In this document: positions 29,574 to 43,425 of the stretch, one piece after another
Layout of the letters: each line of letters starts with the position of its first letter
How positions within the stretch are numbered: the stretch's first letter is position 1
Origin: Styela clava
Taxonomy: Eukaryota
Reading direction: 5' to 3'
DNA: 64,000 bases
Assembly: GCF_964204865.1 (NCBI RefSeq)
Contig: NC_135250.1
Coordinates: 32,550,001-32,614,000, forward strand
The notes under the pieces: model-generated
What the model was told of the DNA's origin: nothing
Database searches by the model: none
What the model saw: only the letters and a program-made list of their open reading frames with translations
Position numbers and translations under genes: made by a program

Positions 29574-32500
29574 TCAAGTTATTTTTTCCAAACTTTTAGA
29601 ATTTGCATCGAATAATAAAACTTTAAATTCATCTAAAATATTCTTCCAGGTAACTGATGACATATCCGATGCCGATTCGTTTTCTGAGGTCATATTTGTG
29701 ACATCATTATCGCATTGGCTAATAATGTCACAATGACTAATGACATCATAATCATCAAACGAATTCTCAGAAAATAACGAAAAATTCGAACTGATAGCGT
29801 AGGAATCATTAGTCCCGTTATAAATTGAATTCAACTGTTCTGCATCACCGGCCATGAAAGGATCAGTTAAGGAAATAGATTTTGGCAAAGCGACCAAACT
29901 ATCATCATATTTGGTTTCGGCAATTTTGGTCCGCTGAGAAGTCTCATTGCTGTCACAATGTGTTATCACAAAGGATGAAAGAGATTTCATAATTTTTTCT
30001 AATTGCGTAATAGTTGATCCCTCGACTATCGGATCATGTAATTGCGCAATACGGCTCGATGGGTCTGCCGAAGCACTTTCAGTCAGTTCGGACAGAATAT
30101 TGATCAGTAGACCTCTACTACCACCATTAGGAAGTGTGTCATCAACAGTAAATGGTATGCGAAATGGAGTTTCTGCAAGAAAAATATGATGAAAGACTTA
30201 TTCTCAAATCGTATTGAAAAATATACCGTTCAAATACTCAAAGTGGACCTTGAAGTCTTGCCCGCCCCTTCCGATTATATTCATGATTGTTCGTGTTCGT
30301 ATTCATTATTGATCGTGTATTTTTACTGCGATATGTACTTACATGTAGTGCAATATTCGAAAATAAATCAAAATCTATCCACTCATGCACAATAAGAGTC
30401 GTTGACATCAAAATGTCAGACAACCATTTAGCAGTGATATGCATTTATTCAGAACTAATAATTTACTCAGTGATTGATTATCTATGGCAGGGGTTCCCAA
30501 ACCAGGGGTCGCGATTTCAAATTGGGTCAGAGTGATAAGTCGGTGGGTTCGCTGAGTTATGGTAGAGGGTGGATGTACAAAACATCTAAGATTTGACAAA
30601 CCATGTTAAATTTAGCAGTTTGCACCATGGCTTATTGTAAAACAGGCCCATAGGCATCGCTATATGCTTATGCTATAGAAAATGTAGGTGCTTATTGTGA
30701 CATCACTGTTTGGTTTTAGCTTACTTTACTTAATACCATCACACGACCAATCTCAAAAGTCTAGTGAAAGAAGCCTCAGAAGTTCATTAGAAATATATAT
30801 ATATTGACCTGGGGTCGCACTGGACACTTGAAAGTTGTCTTTGGGGTCGTCCTGAAAAAAGCTTGGGAACCCCTGGCCTATGGAGTACTGAGTGGTCATT
30901 TGATTATCCTGAACCATATATATCCCATCTTCATACTAGTGGGACCTGCTAAGAGGGTGGTTGGGCTCAGGACACACTGATTGCCACTTCCAAGTGAGTG
31001 AATAGGAATCCAACTAGCTAATGAACCTGAGATAATAGTTCAACACAGCGAAGCAACTGACCTGGCATGTCGGTACCTCCTTTCTCAATATGCACAATAT
31101 TAACTTCAGATTTAACTTTATATCTGTGGTGGCTGGAGATAATCAAGCCAAGGAACACTGAGCCATGATTCGAGAACATCGTTTGTTGCTCAAACTGGAA
31201 AAGCAAATGTTTACGTTAAAAACCATCTGATAAGTTCACATTTGTTATCCGAGCATATTGATTAAAATTTGCAAATCAGGGTTCAACATGAAATTACAGT
31301 TGCCCCCACTAGAGCCAAGTAGGAAGTTGCAGAATAAAGGGTGTGTCAATCAGTAACGGGGTTAAAGTTAAAACAGATGAATAATGGAGTAAGAGTAACT
31401 GTAACCTTACTATAGGCCAACCCTATACAAAGCCCATTCTGCCAATAACTTGCAGACACATAAAATAATAATAGGTACATACATGCTGGAGATATAAAAT
31501 ATTGGAGGGAACTATTTCAGATGGGCACGGAATCATTAACACTGAACCACAGATTCAAAGTCCATCGACATCGAAGAAATTCTATGAATATAAAAACTGC
31601 TGAGCACGACTTCATCAGCAAATCTGCTGTTAAGAGCAAGAGTTCAGGAGCTTTGTTGCATGGGTTCAAATTCCCTCCCTTATCCGTCATGAACTTTGAA
31701 TACTAATGCTACATAACAGACGTACATCCCATGGCTTGTGTCACGAGAAAAGAGGCAACAACTTGAGAAATTGCATGGGTACAAAAAGAGTTATAAAGCC
31801 AATGACACTGTCCATGTCAGCACAAACATTTCACTGGTTTTATAACTGTTCGTAACCATAGACAGGACTGGTAACGGCATATTACTGGGTTGACATTCCA
31901 TTGGATAAATATATAATTGCACCTATCCATAGCTATAACCAAACACAAATATTGCTGACTATTTCAACCCTTCATCCACACAGGATAATAAGGCCAAATT
32001 ACAAACCTGTGTCTTGATGTCGGTCTCTGATGGATGGGAAGGAAACGTAGGGTGGGAGTGGTACCAACCAATCACTGTGAGACCTCTAGTGGTTATGTGA
32101 TCATTTGCAACAGCCTGCGAAACTGCAAAGCAACAATCAAAGAGTGAGAAAAATGGTATTCATGATGCGGGAACCTATGAAGGTATGCAAACATATTCCT
32201 AATGATTAATACAGCGAGGGAATTATTGGGTTGCACACCAAAACACGCCCTAGAATTTTAAAATTTTCAACGCTTTCACTATGTGAGGATTGCCGGCATT
32301 GCCCACTCCAGTGAGGTGATGGGCATGAATTTTCGACCCAAAATGTAGTTGAAGCCAGCACTCTCACCACATCACAATATCAAGAAATTGAGCCTTCATA
32401 CTTAAATGATTTATCTATCCCAACAAACCAAACCTACCTGAGTTCATCTCACAATGCCTCGCAGAACTTGAACTTTTACATGGTTGAGCGCACACAATAT

Positions 32501-35500
32501 GAACTTTGATTCTTCCCTTATCGTCATTGGTGATATAGCCTCCAAGCAGCCCCATAACTTCATGTCTTGATAAATGCGAATGAGCATCCACAACAATCAA
32601 TGCCGATGCATGGACTGTGACATCATAAGGGCAATCCTAGCATAAGAATAAATACAAAGATTTATGGCGAGCAAACGTATGTCACCATATTTTGGGGTAT
32701 GTTTTCATATTTATCTTGAGATGAGGAACGGCTTAATCATATTGCAGACCATGGCCTCTCACACGGCCAACAGTTCAATATGGTGAACTAGTCGTTTATT
32801 TCAGATGCAGGGACTTGATGGTAGAGGAAGCTGTAACCGACCAGCGTTACGAATGCATGGACAACACAAACATTGAACGAGTATTTTTTATACCGCAACC
32901 TTTCTTATTCATATAGCCAGGCATTGTTTCTAATTTACATCAGGGTTGAGTACATAGAATAAGTAGAGGAAGTTGAGTCATGCAATGCACAAGGAAATTA
33001 AGTCTAATTTTCATATGAGATTGTGGCAGCTTTGTCCTTCAAGCATGCGTAAAGGTTTATTGAGACAACTTGCCACTGTTGCAAAGTATGTATGGGCTCT
33101 TGGAGTTGAATTCTGTATATTATTTTCATCATATTATGGACCATAACTCACTACGCCAACTTATATGTCCTACAACATTATCGGACATCCAGACAAGGTG
33201 TATCATGATTTAGTACAATGATAGACAGCTAAATCGGCTTGCAAATACCACACAGTAACCTTGCAACCAAACAAGGTTCGCTGTATGCTAGGCCAATGTC
33301 CCACGAACATTTCAGCCATAGCTATATTGATTTTAATGGGAATAGATGTCATAAAAAAGAACCACATGGGGCATAAGAACCTTCAGGTTAGATGAGAATA
33401 TTTGTATATAATTGACATATTCCAACAGTGCTGGCTGTACAGACAATAACGCCATTTCGGTGAATTAATTGCTAGTAAGATATCTCCAGATGTGATATTC
33501 ATTTTTTTTGAGGAGAGCTGGGCCCCAACCAAGTAGTGGTTAGTATTATGTCACTCTTACATTAAGATCTTAATAATACCCAGAAGCCAGTCGAATATCA
33601 ATGAATGAATACTGGAGCAGCAAAGACTAGAGTAACAAGAAGAGATAACTTACGACTTCATATTCGTATTCTTTGCATTTTATCAATTTGAATTTGTTAA
33701 CATTTGACTTGGGTTGCGGCTCTTCCTTGCTTTGTGGGATCACAATTTGATTGTTATTCGCATGATCGATCGTGTATCCACCAATCAGATTGTCTGTGGC
33801 AGGGATGATGGAGGCGGGCCTTTTGCGACTTCTCTAAAAAAAAAATTTTTATTGGCAAATAAGGGAAAGGTTCAAAAATTTGTCCAGTTTGATGGGAAGG
33901 CAAAAATACAGCTTAATCATATGGCAAGCCATGACATCTTGTCCTGTTAACCAGTTATTTATTTAGGATGTACAAACTTGAAGCTGTAAGCCGTAACCGT
34001 TGGTTGCTTGAACCACCCTATGACGAGGACAAGTCCAGCAATCCTAACAGACATAATTATTCAAACTTGCGAACCCATAGAGAGTCATCACCAGTGCAAA
34101 GGCAAGCATATTTCTGAAGCTTAGCATGATGCGGCATCATTTTCATAGGCAAGGTCAATCATTTCCACACATTATTCGATTTAATGGTCATATATTTAAC
34201 ATATATTTTTAATTTTTAGAAAAATTAGAATATTTTAGAAAAAAGTCACAATATTTCCAAAAGATGATATACTTATGTACTTTCTGAATTTCCTAAATTC
34301 ATCTCATTAAATATGCAGACTCTTCAGTGTGTTCTATGTAATCTAATTCGGAATAAAATTGATATACCATAATCCAAAAATATAAATATATTTTCAGAAT
34401 GTATTTAGAATAGCATATTACTTGGTTTTGGCTTACATAATGAAAATATGCTCTGCTGAACTCAGATCCAATTTGAGAAAACCTAAACATAGCCATATGA
34501 GATAATATCAATCGGTATAACTGCATTAGCACTATAGTTTGGTGGCCGTTTAATTTATTTGGTTATGCAAGATTGGGCATAGCTTATGGTTGGTGGATAT
34601 GTATCCCCCGTTGTTTGTTATTATAGAAAACCCCTCGAATAAAAAATTACCACTCACTCCACTCATTCTTTGCTCTAAGGCCCGTTTGAGTTTGAAATCT
34701 GTATCCAGAGCTGTATGGTTGTTGATTGATTGAGGCCGATCTCTTGGCTTCTGTCTTTTCTTTTGCTTTTTCCACCAGACCAGGTCACTCCCATAGTTTA
34801 TTGCACCGACTGATTCAAGGTATCTGTGTGAACAAAATTGTTAGAAAAGTTGAAATTCTAAACATACTTCAAATTATCTGCCCTAAGCCAAGAAAATTCA
34901 GATCTGGGGTGGAATTGCTCCATGGAAGATAAACCCTGGCTTAAGTGGCAGACACATGGGTTATCAAGTCTGCATTGTTAAAAAGTTCAGCAATCAAGAG
35001 AAATCAAAAATTCTGCCTGTTTTTGCCTCATTCGGATAAACTGTCAGTTGGTTTGAACGAGGTACATGATGCTTGTATTCAGGTCTGCATTGTATGAACG
35101 GAAATCGGTTTACAAGATTATTTAGGGCAATTCAGGGCAATAAAAACAAATCAATTATTGAGTGAGCCAACGATGTTTGAACAGGAAAATAAAAAGAATT
35201 ATGATCATTTATATTCCAGAAATTATAGCTGGTTTTTAATGTTGAACAAATTTGAAAGTGAATGAAGATTGCTCTGAACAAAGATCTAAACGAGCATGAC
35301 TAAGCATTTTTACAGGGTCAGGATACGTCCCTAATTCATGTCTTACTTGAATGAAGAAGCCTAGACAGACCCAAGACCTACTATACCAATGTTGGTATTA
35401 TTGTGGGTGACAAGTCAAAACTGAATTACAAACAAAAAATTAATTTTACATATGGCCTGTAGAATTAATGCAGTGGTAATGCTAGGATATAAAACTAGTA

Positions 35501-38500
35501 ATGCAAACGACCTACATACTATTTGAGTCAATATTTAAAAGGGATAAGGGGTTTCATAAATTATTATGGCAAACAATGAAAACTGACATAAAATAGGTCA
35601 ATTGTTGGGCTGGGTTTCCATTTAAAGGACTCACAGTAAGTTATTCCACAAACAAAGATATTCTAAGACTGCTCTTAAAACTTTATGATCACAATGACTG
35701 ATTCATGTATGGCCAATGAAAATTACAAAACCCAAGTTATAACGGTTTTCCAGAAGCTTGAACACTCTTTTCATACTACCTACTTTAGATACTACCCAAT
35801 CAGATTTAATCTGAATCATTCGACATGAGAATACACATGGACTGCGATACGTGCCACCCGGAACGAAACCAATGATGAAGGTCAAGATAATGTAAATGTT
35901 TTGATTAAATAAAACGTGCATATACTGGTAACTCATGGATATGTAAATATTCACTTCTGCATACAACTCCCTATGAAATGCTTCAAGCCCTTATATTGAA
36001 GATGGCCCCATGCAAACAGCCATACATACCAAGCTTCTAGATTTGGGACATCACAACATTGGTTCAGCTGTTTTACTCTTTCTATATATTTGGCAAAACT
36101 TAGTTTTGGATTCTAAACTCATTAATTACCATGAAATAATTATTTTCCTGAATACGTGCCTGCTATGACTTATGGGAGGCCGACACCCATTAGGTACATA
36201 TTGAAACCAACAGCAGATAGGAATACTTGATGATGAACCTGTGATCAGGTATGTGGTCAAAACAAGACAAGTTTGGATTTGTCAATGTAAACTTCTGCAT
36301 CGTAATGCATGATAGTAATCCTAACCACAATGCCTTAATAATGGATCATGGGTTTGAATTTGTTTAAATTATTTCAAATTATTACTGTTGATATGGATGG
36401 AAATATAACAAAGGATACAACCTACATTATCAAACCTCAGTCTTCATATTTATACCTTCAGGGCGGGGTCATATATTTTATAATGCATTATTGGCGCATA
36501 ATTGGCCATGCATAGATGCATAAGGTGGGAAACATGGGAGTGAATCAGCATCCTGTGCAAAGTCCAACAAGTGAAATGATTTCAGTCTGCAAAATGCAAA
36601 GACAGCAATTCCGATACTGCAATGCAAGCATTTCAACCTTTCAGAGAACAAAAAAAAACCAGTGAGAGTAAATTTGAATACAAAACATGCCAAAATGGCC
36701 ATATTATTCATAGATGAGAATAATGCTTCAAAGCTTTACCACATGTGCACTAAACAAGAATTTAGACAAGTAGCTACTCTAGAGCCACTACCATTAGGAG
36801 GTCCAAAATATTTTGGGTTTACTAATTTAATACACTCTGAGTGCGTTGGTGGGCATATAGATCGAAATGGATATCTTCAACCTTTCATACTAATATCTTC
36901 AAGTCCGACGCTATGACAATGGTTTTTAAAGTATGGGTCGCAACCCAAACATGGGTCTATAAATGAGTCGCAACAAGGTCGTCAATGTAAGGGCTATCCA
37001 AGAGAAAGTGGCTGAATATTTGAGCTGGTCCAATATCCCAATTTACCCTCTTAAGTTTGGTATTTAAAACAATGAAATATAAAGAAAGAACTGTCTTGAG
37101 TTCATTGTTACATCACAATTTATATACCAGTCTCGTGTCTTGTTCTATGGGTGTCAGTAACCATGCACCAAGCCAGTAACCAGGCTTGTTGTTGAGTTGA
37201 CTGCGCAGAATGACATCATTTTAAAGCAAAAATGGATCCCTTTATTGGTAATGTGAATCCTAATAGAGAAAATGTGGCTTCAGCTCAAGCTTCATCAACT
37301 GCGAACGAAGCACTGTGATCACATTTGATGAGTGAAAGGTTGCGAGAGAGAATGAAGGCTTAGGCAGGATGTCAGATGATTGGAAACAAAGTAATGACTT
37401 TTCTGTACCATTCACGACTGCGTAGCTATACAAGCAGGGATTTTCAGCACTGAAGGTTCGCCTAAATTCCAGTGCTGACTGCCTGACTTGCACATTTAGC
37501 TCAGTAAACTAGAGCGGTGTATAGAGATATAATGAAGGACTGTGTCAATGGACTGTTTCTGATAAATCGTTGTCTGTATTTGAGTCTAAAGAGTACTAAC
37601 ACCGAAAATAGATTTTTGTTAAGAACTGGGTCACGAGTATTCATAAATCTCAAATTTGGATCGCGCTCAAAAAAGTTTGAGAACCACTGCGCAATAAGTT
37701 ATAACAGCCTGAACACTGCACCAAACACCTAACTTAGTCATTTGACAAAGAATTCAGCAGAATTAAGAATGATACCAGGGATGACAATTCTGAGTGAAAA
37801 TAACGGTAGGTGGTAACTGGTAACAAAGTGTTGGATCACAAATAAAAAGAAAACTATATCAATAGGGTTTTCAGGCCAGTTGGATATTATACAAGTAGTA
37901 AAATAAAGAATGAAAAAAAAAAGTAAACCTTGAATAAATCCCCTAATCGTAACAACTTTGTTCTATTCCCAGTTAGTTAATAAATCAGTTCCATATTTCG
38001 TAAACATTTCTGATGTTTATCAGCTAATTTTGAATTTGTAGTCTATGTTTGACGTTTGACGCTTTACTATGATAAGCAAATATTTGAAGCAGTTTGTAGT
38101 TTCAAAACAATGATACTGCCACATTCAATGATTGGCTGAGAGGTGGGTGGCGTTTCGTGGGGTGGGAACTTTCTGCTGCATTGCAGTTTAAGTTATAAGG
38201 ATTCATGTCAATATCAACTCAGAACGAATACATGTCTTAAAAATAGTCTTATATTAATAAGGAGTTTGTTGTTCTGTTCCAGGGCCAAGAATAAGTCGAT
38301 AAAGCTAATACAATGAACAGCAACATTAGCCAGCATAGCATGGCAGGAATATATCACACATCAACAATTGGTATTAAATATTGCATATGGCCCAAACTAA
38401 AATATTCAGATAGATATTTCTCATTTAAAACTTGTGATTTTCATCGGTGTTTAGTTTTAGATGACATTCTGAAAATATTTTCGATATTTAAAATTCAGTA

Positions 38501-41379
38501 ACTTTAAATAAAAAGTTTGATGTTCAATCTTAGTTAGTAGGTAATACTATGGGTAATTCTCCTTAGACTGAAACGCTCCAATATGCATCCCATGGATATC
38601 TATTCCTAATAGCCAAATGCTATGAGTTCCAATTTTTCAATTGATTTCTTTCAACTATTTTAGACGCATTAAATTTATTAAAGCAGAACCATGAAATAAG
38701 TTTCCTTGGTAAAACTTGATATCCGAATTCACATAATAGTTTCCTCAAATGGTATTTAATAGCGTTGCGTTTGCAGCAGCTTAAATCCAGCAATATTAAT
38801 TAAAAGATAAGTTCTAGTGTGTATACCGTCCCAAGTGCAACGACAGACTAGTTGGATCTCTCGGGAATAATTGGAATTAACAAATCTTCCTATGAAGTTT
38901 ATTTGAAATGGGTTTGCTTCAAACAAGCCACTGAGCAAGCGACTGAATATAGTCATTCAATAGAATAATATCTTGCTAGATAATTCAATTCAATGCATGG
39001 ATCTAGTATATAAATCACAAAAAACAAACCTGTGTATGCGTCCGATATTATTGACGTTGCCACAACCTTTCTTGAGAATGGGACGTAGCATGACTTTGTT
39101 GACATGAGATGGCTTGTTCTGAATCCTGTGAGAAATTTAACATGTTGTTCAACTCAGATGAATACGCAATGCGAGAGAGTGGGAATGGCAGGTAACCAAC
39201 AACCAACCATATATAAGTTGAACTACCTTTATTCCATTCTGGGATCACAAAACTATGGACTAAGTGACAATGTCAAAAATTATTATCCAGATTTCCTAAT
39301 TTTCCATCTTTTTTTTTTTCATTCTTGTACTGTTGATAGTGATAACTGATAACGAATAAATTCAAATTTCCTTAGGACTAACACTCCTAGGTACTACTTG
39401 CGTTTTTGTGGTCAAAAATCCGTTTTTTTTTTCAGAGTTCAGAGCTGGAGTTGGAATCAGAAGCCAGAGTCGAAATTTATGTTAAGTTGGGGTAATTTTT
39501 TGAATAGTTTGGAGTTTCGTCCACTCGGCAGCCCTGATCATCTAGTTTCAAGGTAAATTTCAATACAAAAGAATAACGCCCTGGTAGACTTCAATCCATG
39601 GATTCATTCAAAACTTTCAACAACTCACCATAACTTCAGGATAGCGTTCCTGATATTAAGATATTTTCCCGGACAATATTTTGTTTGGCCGCTAAAAAAT
39701 TCAGGAAACACTTCTCGCTCTTCCTCACTGATGACATCGAGTGGTAGTTCTCGCTCCCTCTTGGGGGGTAAAAATATATCACCAGAATCATCATAGTAGG
39801 TGACATCTGTCAAAATAATATTATCAGGAAGGAATAAACAAGAGCTCAAATATACAAAAATAGGGGCATAGGCCTCATGCTATCACCACAAGCTCATACT
39901 ATCACCGCAATATACAGTTTACTTAGAAACAGAAAAATTTGGGGAAAACAACTGGATAAAGCAAATCTAGCTATTTTTTACTATTGAAAATTTGAAACAG
40001 GACAATGGAAACCATTTTTGTCTCATCAACAACAACTTAACAAAACAAAATAGATTTACTACGTTGATGAAGGTTTGCAACCGATCCCTCAGTTAACTTA
40101 AAAGTTGGCAATAAACCAAGGTTCAGTCTAGATTTAAATCTTGGAATCTAGCTCCAACTCAGATTAAATAGTTTCGACATTTCGTTTCAAATTCTCTAAA
40201 AGACATTCATTAAGATTGACATATGAAGACAAGGCATCCCGATAAATCTAGATTGAACGAAATTAAAAATCAATATCTTTTTGATTTTAAAATATTTTCA
40301 AATATTCGAATTCTCCTAATTTTTTTCAAATAGAATTCAGATTAACGAGACAAGAAAAATTCAGTAGGCTATTTCAACTACAATCATAGAAATCAGAGAA
40401 AACTCAAATTCATGATAAACAAGAATAAAAGTATGACTACTCGTTCATCTGTGTTCGAGGATGTCAAGAATCAAACAGAGCGATTGGGAAATATATTTCC
40501 TGTATTTAACAACAGTGTAACATTAGGTCAGAGCAACAAAGGCGCAGAATACAAAGAATTTACAGCAAGAATGAAACAAGATCTTCGTCAAAGTGTTTTC
40601 CAGACAACTGAACCTTCCCCCTCCTAACAATTTCAATGCAAATCAGTCTTTTAATCTGATTATCCAACACTTTATGATTTGAGATAACGGAAGAAAATGT
40701 CAGCGGCGTCTCAGTCACTTTTATTAATCCATAACAATTGAATTACAGAACAAGATTTCTCTCTAAATTTAACCGGTTAGGCCCAATTGTGAGGAAAAAC
40801 AAGATTAATATAAAAATTCAAAATACAACATCTCCCTACCAATGTTCGCCTCTCCTTCTGTTGCCGACATTCCAGAACTATCTGATGACACTGGTTCCCG
40901 CAACATTGGATCAAGTTCTAAATGCCTGAATAAAATATATTTCTTTTAAAATGCTGATGCATAGAACAGGGCTACATTCTCACAATGTGCACCATTGAGA
41001 ACCACCATTAGATTAAGAAGTTGTCTCACCCAGGTCCGTCCTGTGCATCACTCGCGTTGTTACTTCCTGGTACGTTTGACCTCTTGTACTCATTAGCTGA
41101 CCTCCACCATCTAGTGAGATCGTTCTCATGAACTAACTCAGTTGATTTTCCTATTTTGTCAGTTTTAGTTCGTTTGAATGGAAGGTTTGTGTCATCATAA
41201 CGTGAATTTCCACCATTGGGAGAAATTTTGATTGTTTCTTGATGAAGAATTGTTTTGTTGGTTACTGATGAATCAATTGTGACATCATCATAAGCACAAT
41301 TTCCGAATGTGGCATCATCATTTTCTATATCGACTAGTTCATCTTCGTTTGTGCTCGCTACGATGATTGTTGAGTCCAT
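29574..41379 (-). CDS. MYSM1: MYSM1-like histone H2A deubiquitinase (SWIRM + JAMM/MPN+), about 700 aa. Exons 41030-41379, 40840-40925, 39629-39806, 39030-39125, 34658-34823, 33654-33833, 32438-32636, 32007-32122, 31062-31194, 29574-30172
   Basis: Exon sum 2103 nt = 701 codons with consistent phases. SWIRM: EEEREVFPEFFSGQTKYCPGKYLNIRNAILKLW..GCGNVNNIGRIHRYLESVGAINYG. JAMM: DAHSHLSRHEVMGLLGG..VIGWYHSHPTFPSHPSETD (intact H-x-H-x7-S-x2-D). N-terminal VDIEND motif. The exon 9 donor could alternatively be at 31077. Confidence 0.9.
30488..30875. mobile_element. hAT/Charlie-type MITE in MYSM1 last intron
   Basis: TIRs CAGGGGTTCCCAA / TTGGGAACCCCTG, GGGGTCG subterminal motifs, TSD ATCTATGG vs GCCTATGG. 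Confidence 0.8.
32700..32850 (-). mobile_element. Decayed tRNA-SINE fragment
   Basis: GGTAGAGGAAGCTGTAACCGACCAGCG and upstream segments match the SINE body. Confidence 0.6.
33950..34135 (-). mobile_element. Decayed tRNA-SINE fragment
   Basis: AAGCCGTAACCG..GAACCACCC..AGTCCAGCAATCCT..TTCAAACTTGCGAACCCA matches the SINE body and head. Confidence 0.65.
36917..37689 (+). mobile_element. Old deletion derivative of a Buster/Charlie hAT in a MYSM1 intron
   Basis: Degenerate TIRs CAATGGTTTTTAAA / TTTGAGAACCACTG, GGGTCGC motifs, remnant VPFTTA*LYKQGFSAL (about 37405-37452) resembling ZBED5/Buster PFxTTYLCExGFS. Confidence 0.6.
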
Positions 41380-43425
41380 TGCATTGTGGGAAATGCTATT
41401 GCATTGTGGGTAACTATCTTGGCTGACACATTATGAGATCACATAACTTTACTATAACTAGAATTATGAGTAACTTAGAATTATGGGTAATCTGAAACTA
41501 ATTAATTACAACAGTGATAATTATAAATCATGAAACAATGAACAAACACACAACACTACAAAAAGAAAAAAAGGCAGGAAATGCAAAAGTTATTATTTAC
41601 AGTAGAGCCAGGGGGACATGGATGGTGTTTTTATATATAAAACTATAACAAACTGACACAAAGAACAATCTGTTATATTGTCACAGATGAGTGAAATCTT
41701 TAACAACCCTATGGATAACTCTTCCGCCAGATAGGTACACAAAAAGTGTAGAGATTGATATGACGTGCAAGGGGTCTCCATTATTAGTTTATCCAGTCGA
41801 AACAAAAATCAAAAAGAATGTTGAGATATCTTAATAAAAGTGAACAATGAACATTCCCAAATCAGAAATTTTCGAACCAATAAATGGCAAAGGACAATCA
41901 TTCTGTATACATGCCAATGATTAACATCAGCATGTGATTTGAGACTAACGACACCTATCTACAGCATTCAGTTGAAATGCATTTCAAAATTGATTGAAAA
42001 ATTTAAGGTTGAAATATTTGGAGAATCAGAAATTTTCAAATCATTACAGGAAAGGCCTTATATACATGCTGAGGCTCAATAACAGTGTGATTTGAGAGCA
42101 TTAATAATACCAGTGGGTAATAAAATGCCCAAAGTAGTCACAATTCTGGGATCCTCATCTGGTAAAATATTCAATATTCCAAAGCTCAATGTTAAACAGG
42201 TATGTTCTGGTGCTGAGGTTGTAATGTTTATTATTCAACCCCCTCCAACATGTGAACCCATCCGTCAATATTTACATCCATATCTATCAAGACACGTTGG
42301 TCTCGTTTGAGCACAGTAAACAAGTACACACCTCCAACACACCTCACCATGAGGCTGTACTGACATGATGTCAAACAAAAGGTTATGATTATTAGCTCAC
42401 AAATCAATGTAATGTTGGCCTGCTTTTCAGCAAAACCAGTGAATATGAATTTTGTACAACAGGTATTTATTAACTACAGAATAACAATTTTGGTTCCCAA
42501 ATCCTTAATGGAAAATATAACTTTTGAATGAGTAGTCCAGGGTTGTGAAAGTGTTCTGTGTTGTATCATAGCCAAATATAACAATTCCCAAGGTATGAAA
42601 TGATATTGAGCTGAATGGACGAGAAGAATATTGGGTAATTCGTGAAAAATGAAAACAAAAAATTGAACAAGCATGAATTAATAAAGCACCTTAAACCAAA
42701 ATTAACCCATTTTCAGCTAGAGGGTAATAAATTTCAATGTTTTGTGATATTTGTCAGATTGTCACAAATCATAACTTCACAATCATTGGTTTTACTTTAC
42801 ATAGAAAATGTTAAAATTCTATCATTATTATTATGAGGAATTTTATTTAGAATATTGGAACCATATTTTTTCCTAAAGTGGCCAAATGTTGACAATTATC
42901 CTGAAAATGGGTCAAGAGAAAAAACAACTAATAAGGAAATTAAAAAACAAACAATAATTATAGGCTCGTTACAGACTACAAGGACAAAGTGTTAGTATTC
43001 TGGTCAACAGGGGGGAGGGGTCATGAGTTCAATAAAAATAACAAATCTGTTGATTTGTTGGGAATGAATTATAACAGATTTATGCAAATTCCATATTAAA
43101 CAAGCCTGAAGCATGAAATCTCATGCCATACTAGCACAGAGTTTAAGTAAGAAATAATCTGTGATCCCTAATCTACATTACAAGTCAGGGTCGGCATCTA
43201 ATCAAAAAGGAACTATATTATACCACAATAATACAGGTTAGATATGCAGCTGCTTCAAAAACATATAGGTAGGAAATTTCGTAGCATGCGCCATTTTTAT
43301 TTAATGAGTCCGCTACAAATTAATGAAGTTAATTGTCCATCCTCCGAAACGAGCGACACTAGCAAAACACGAACATTAATAAATCCCAACAGTCAGTCTG
43401 AATACAATAGTACGTATGTTACAGT

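Noticed and set aside
36455-36586. Possible minus-strand poison cassette exon in the long MYSM1 intron
   Set aside because: AG and GT ends are present but the donor is weak and there is no independent support.
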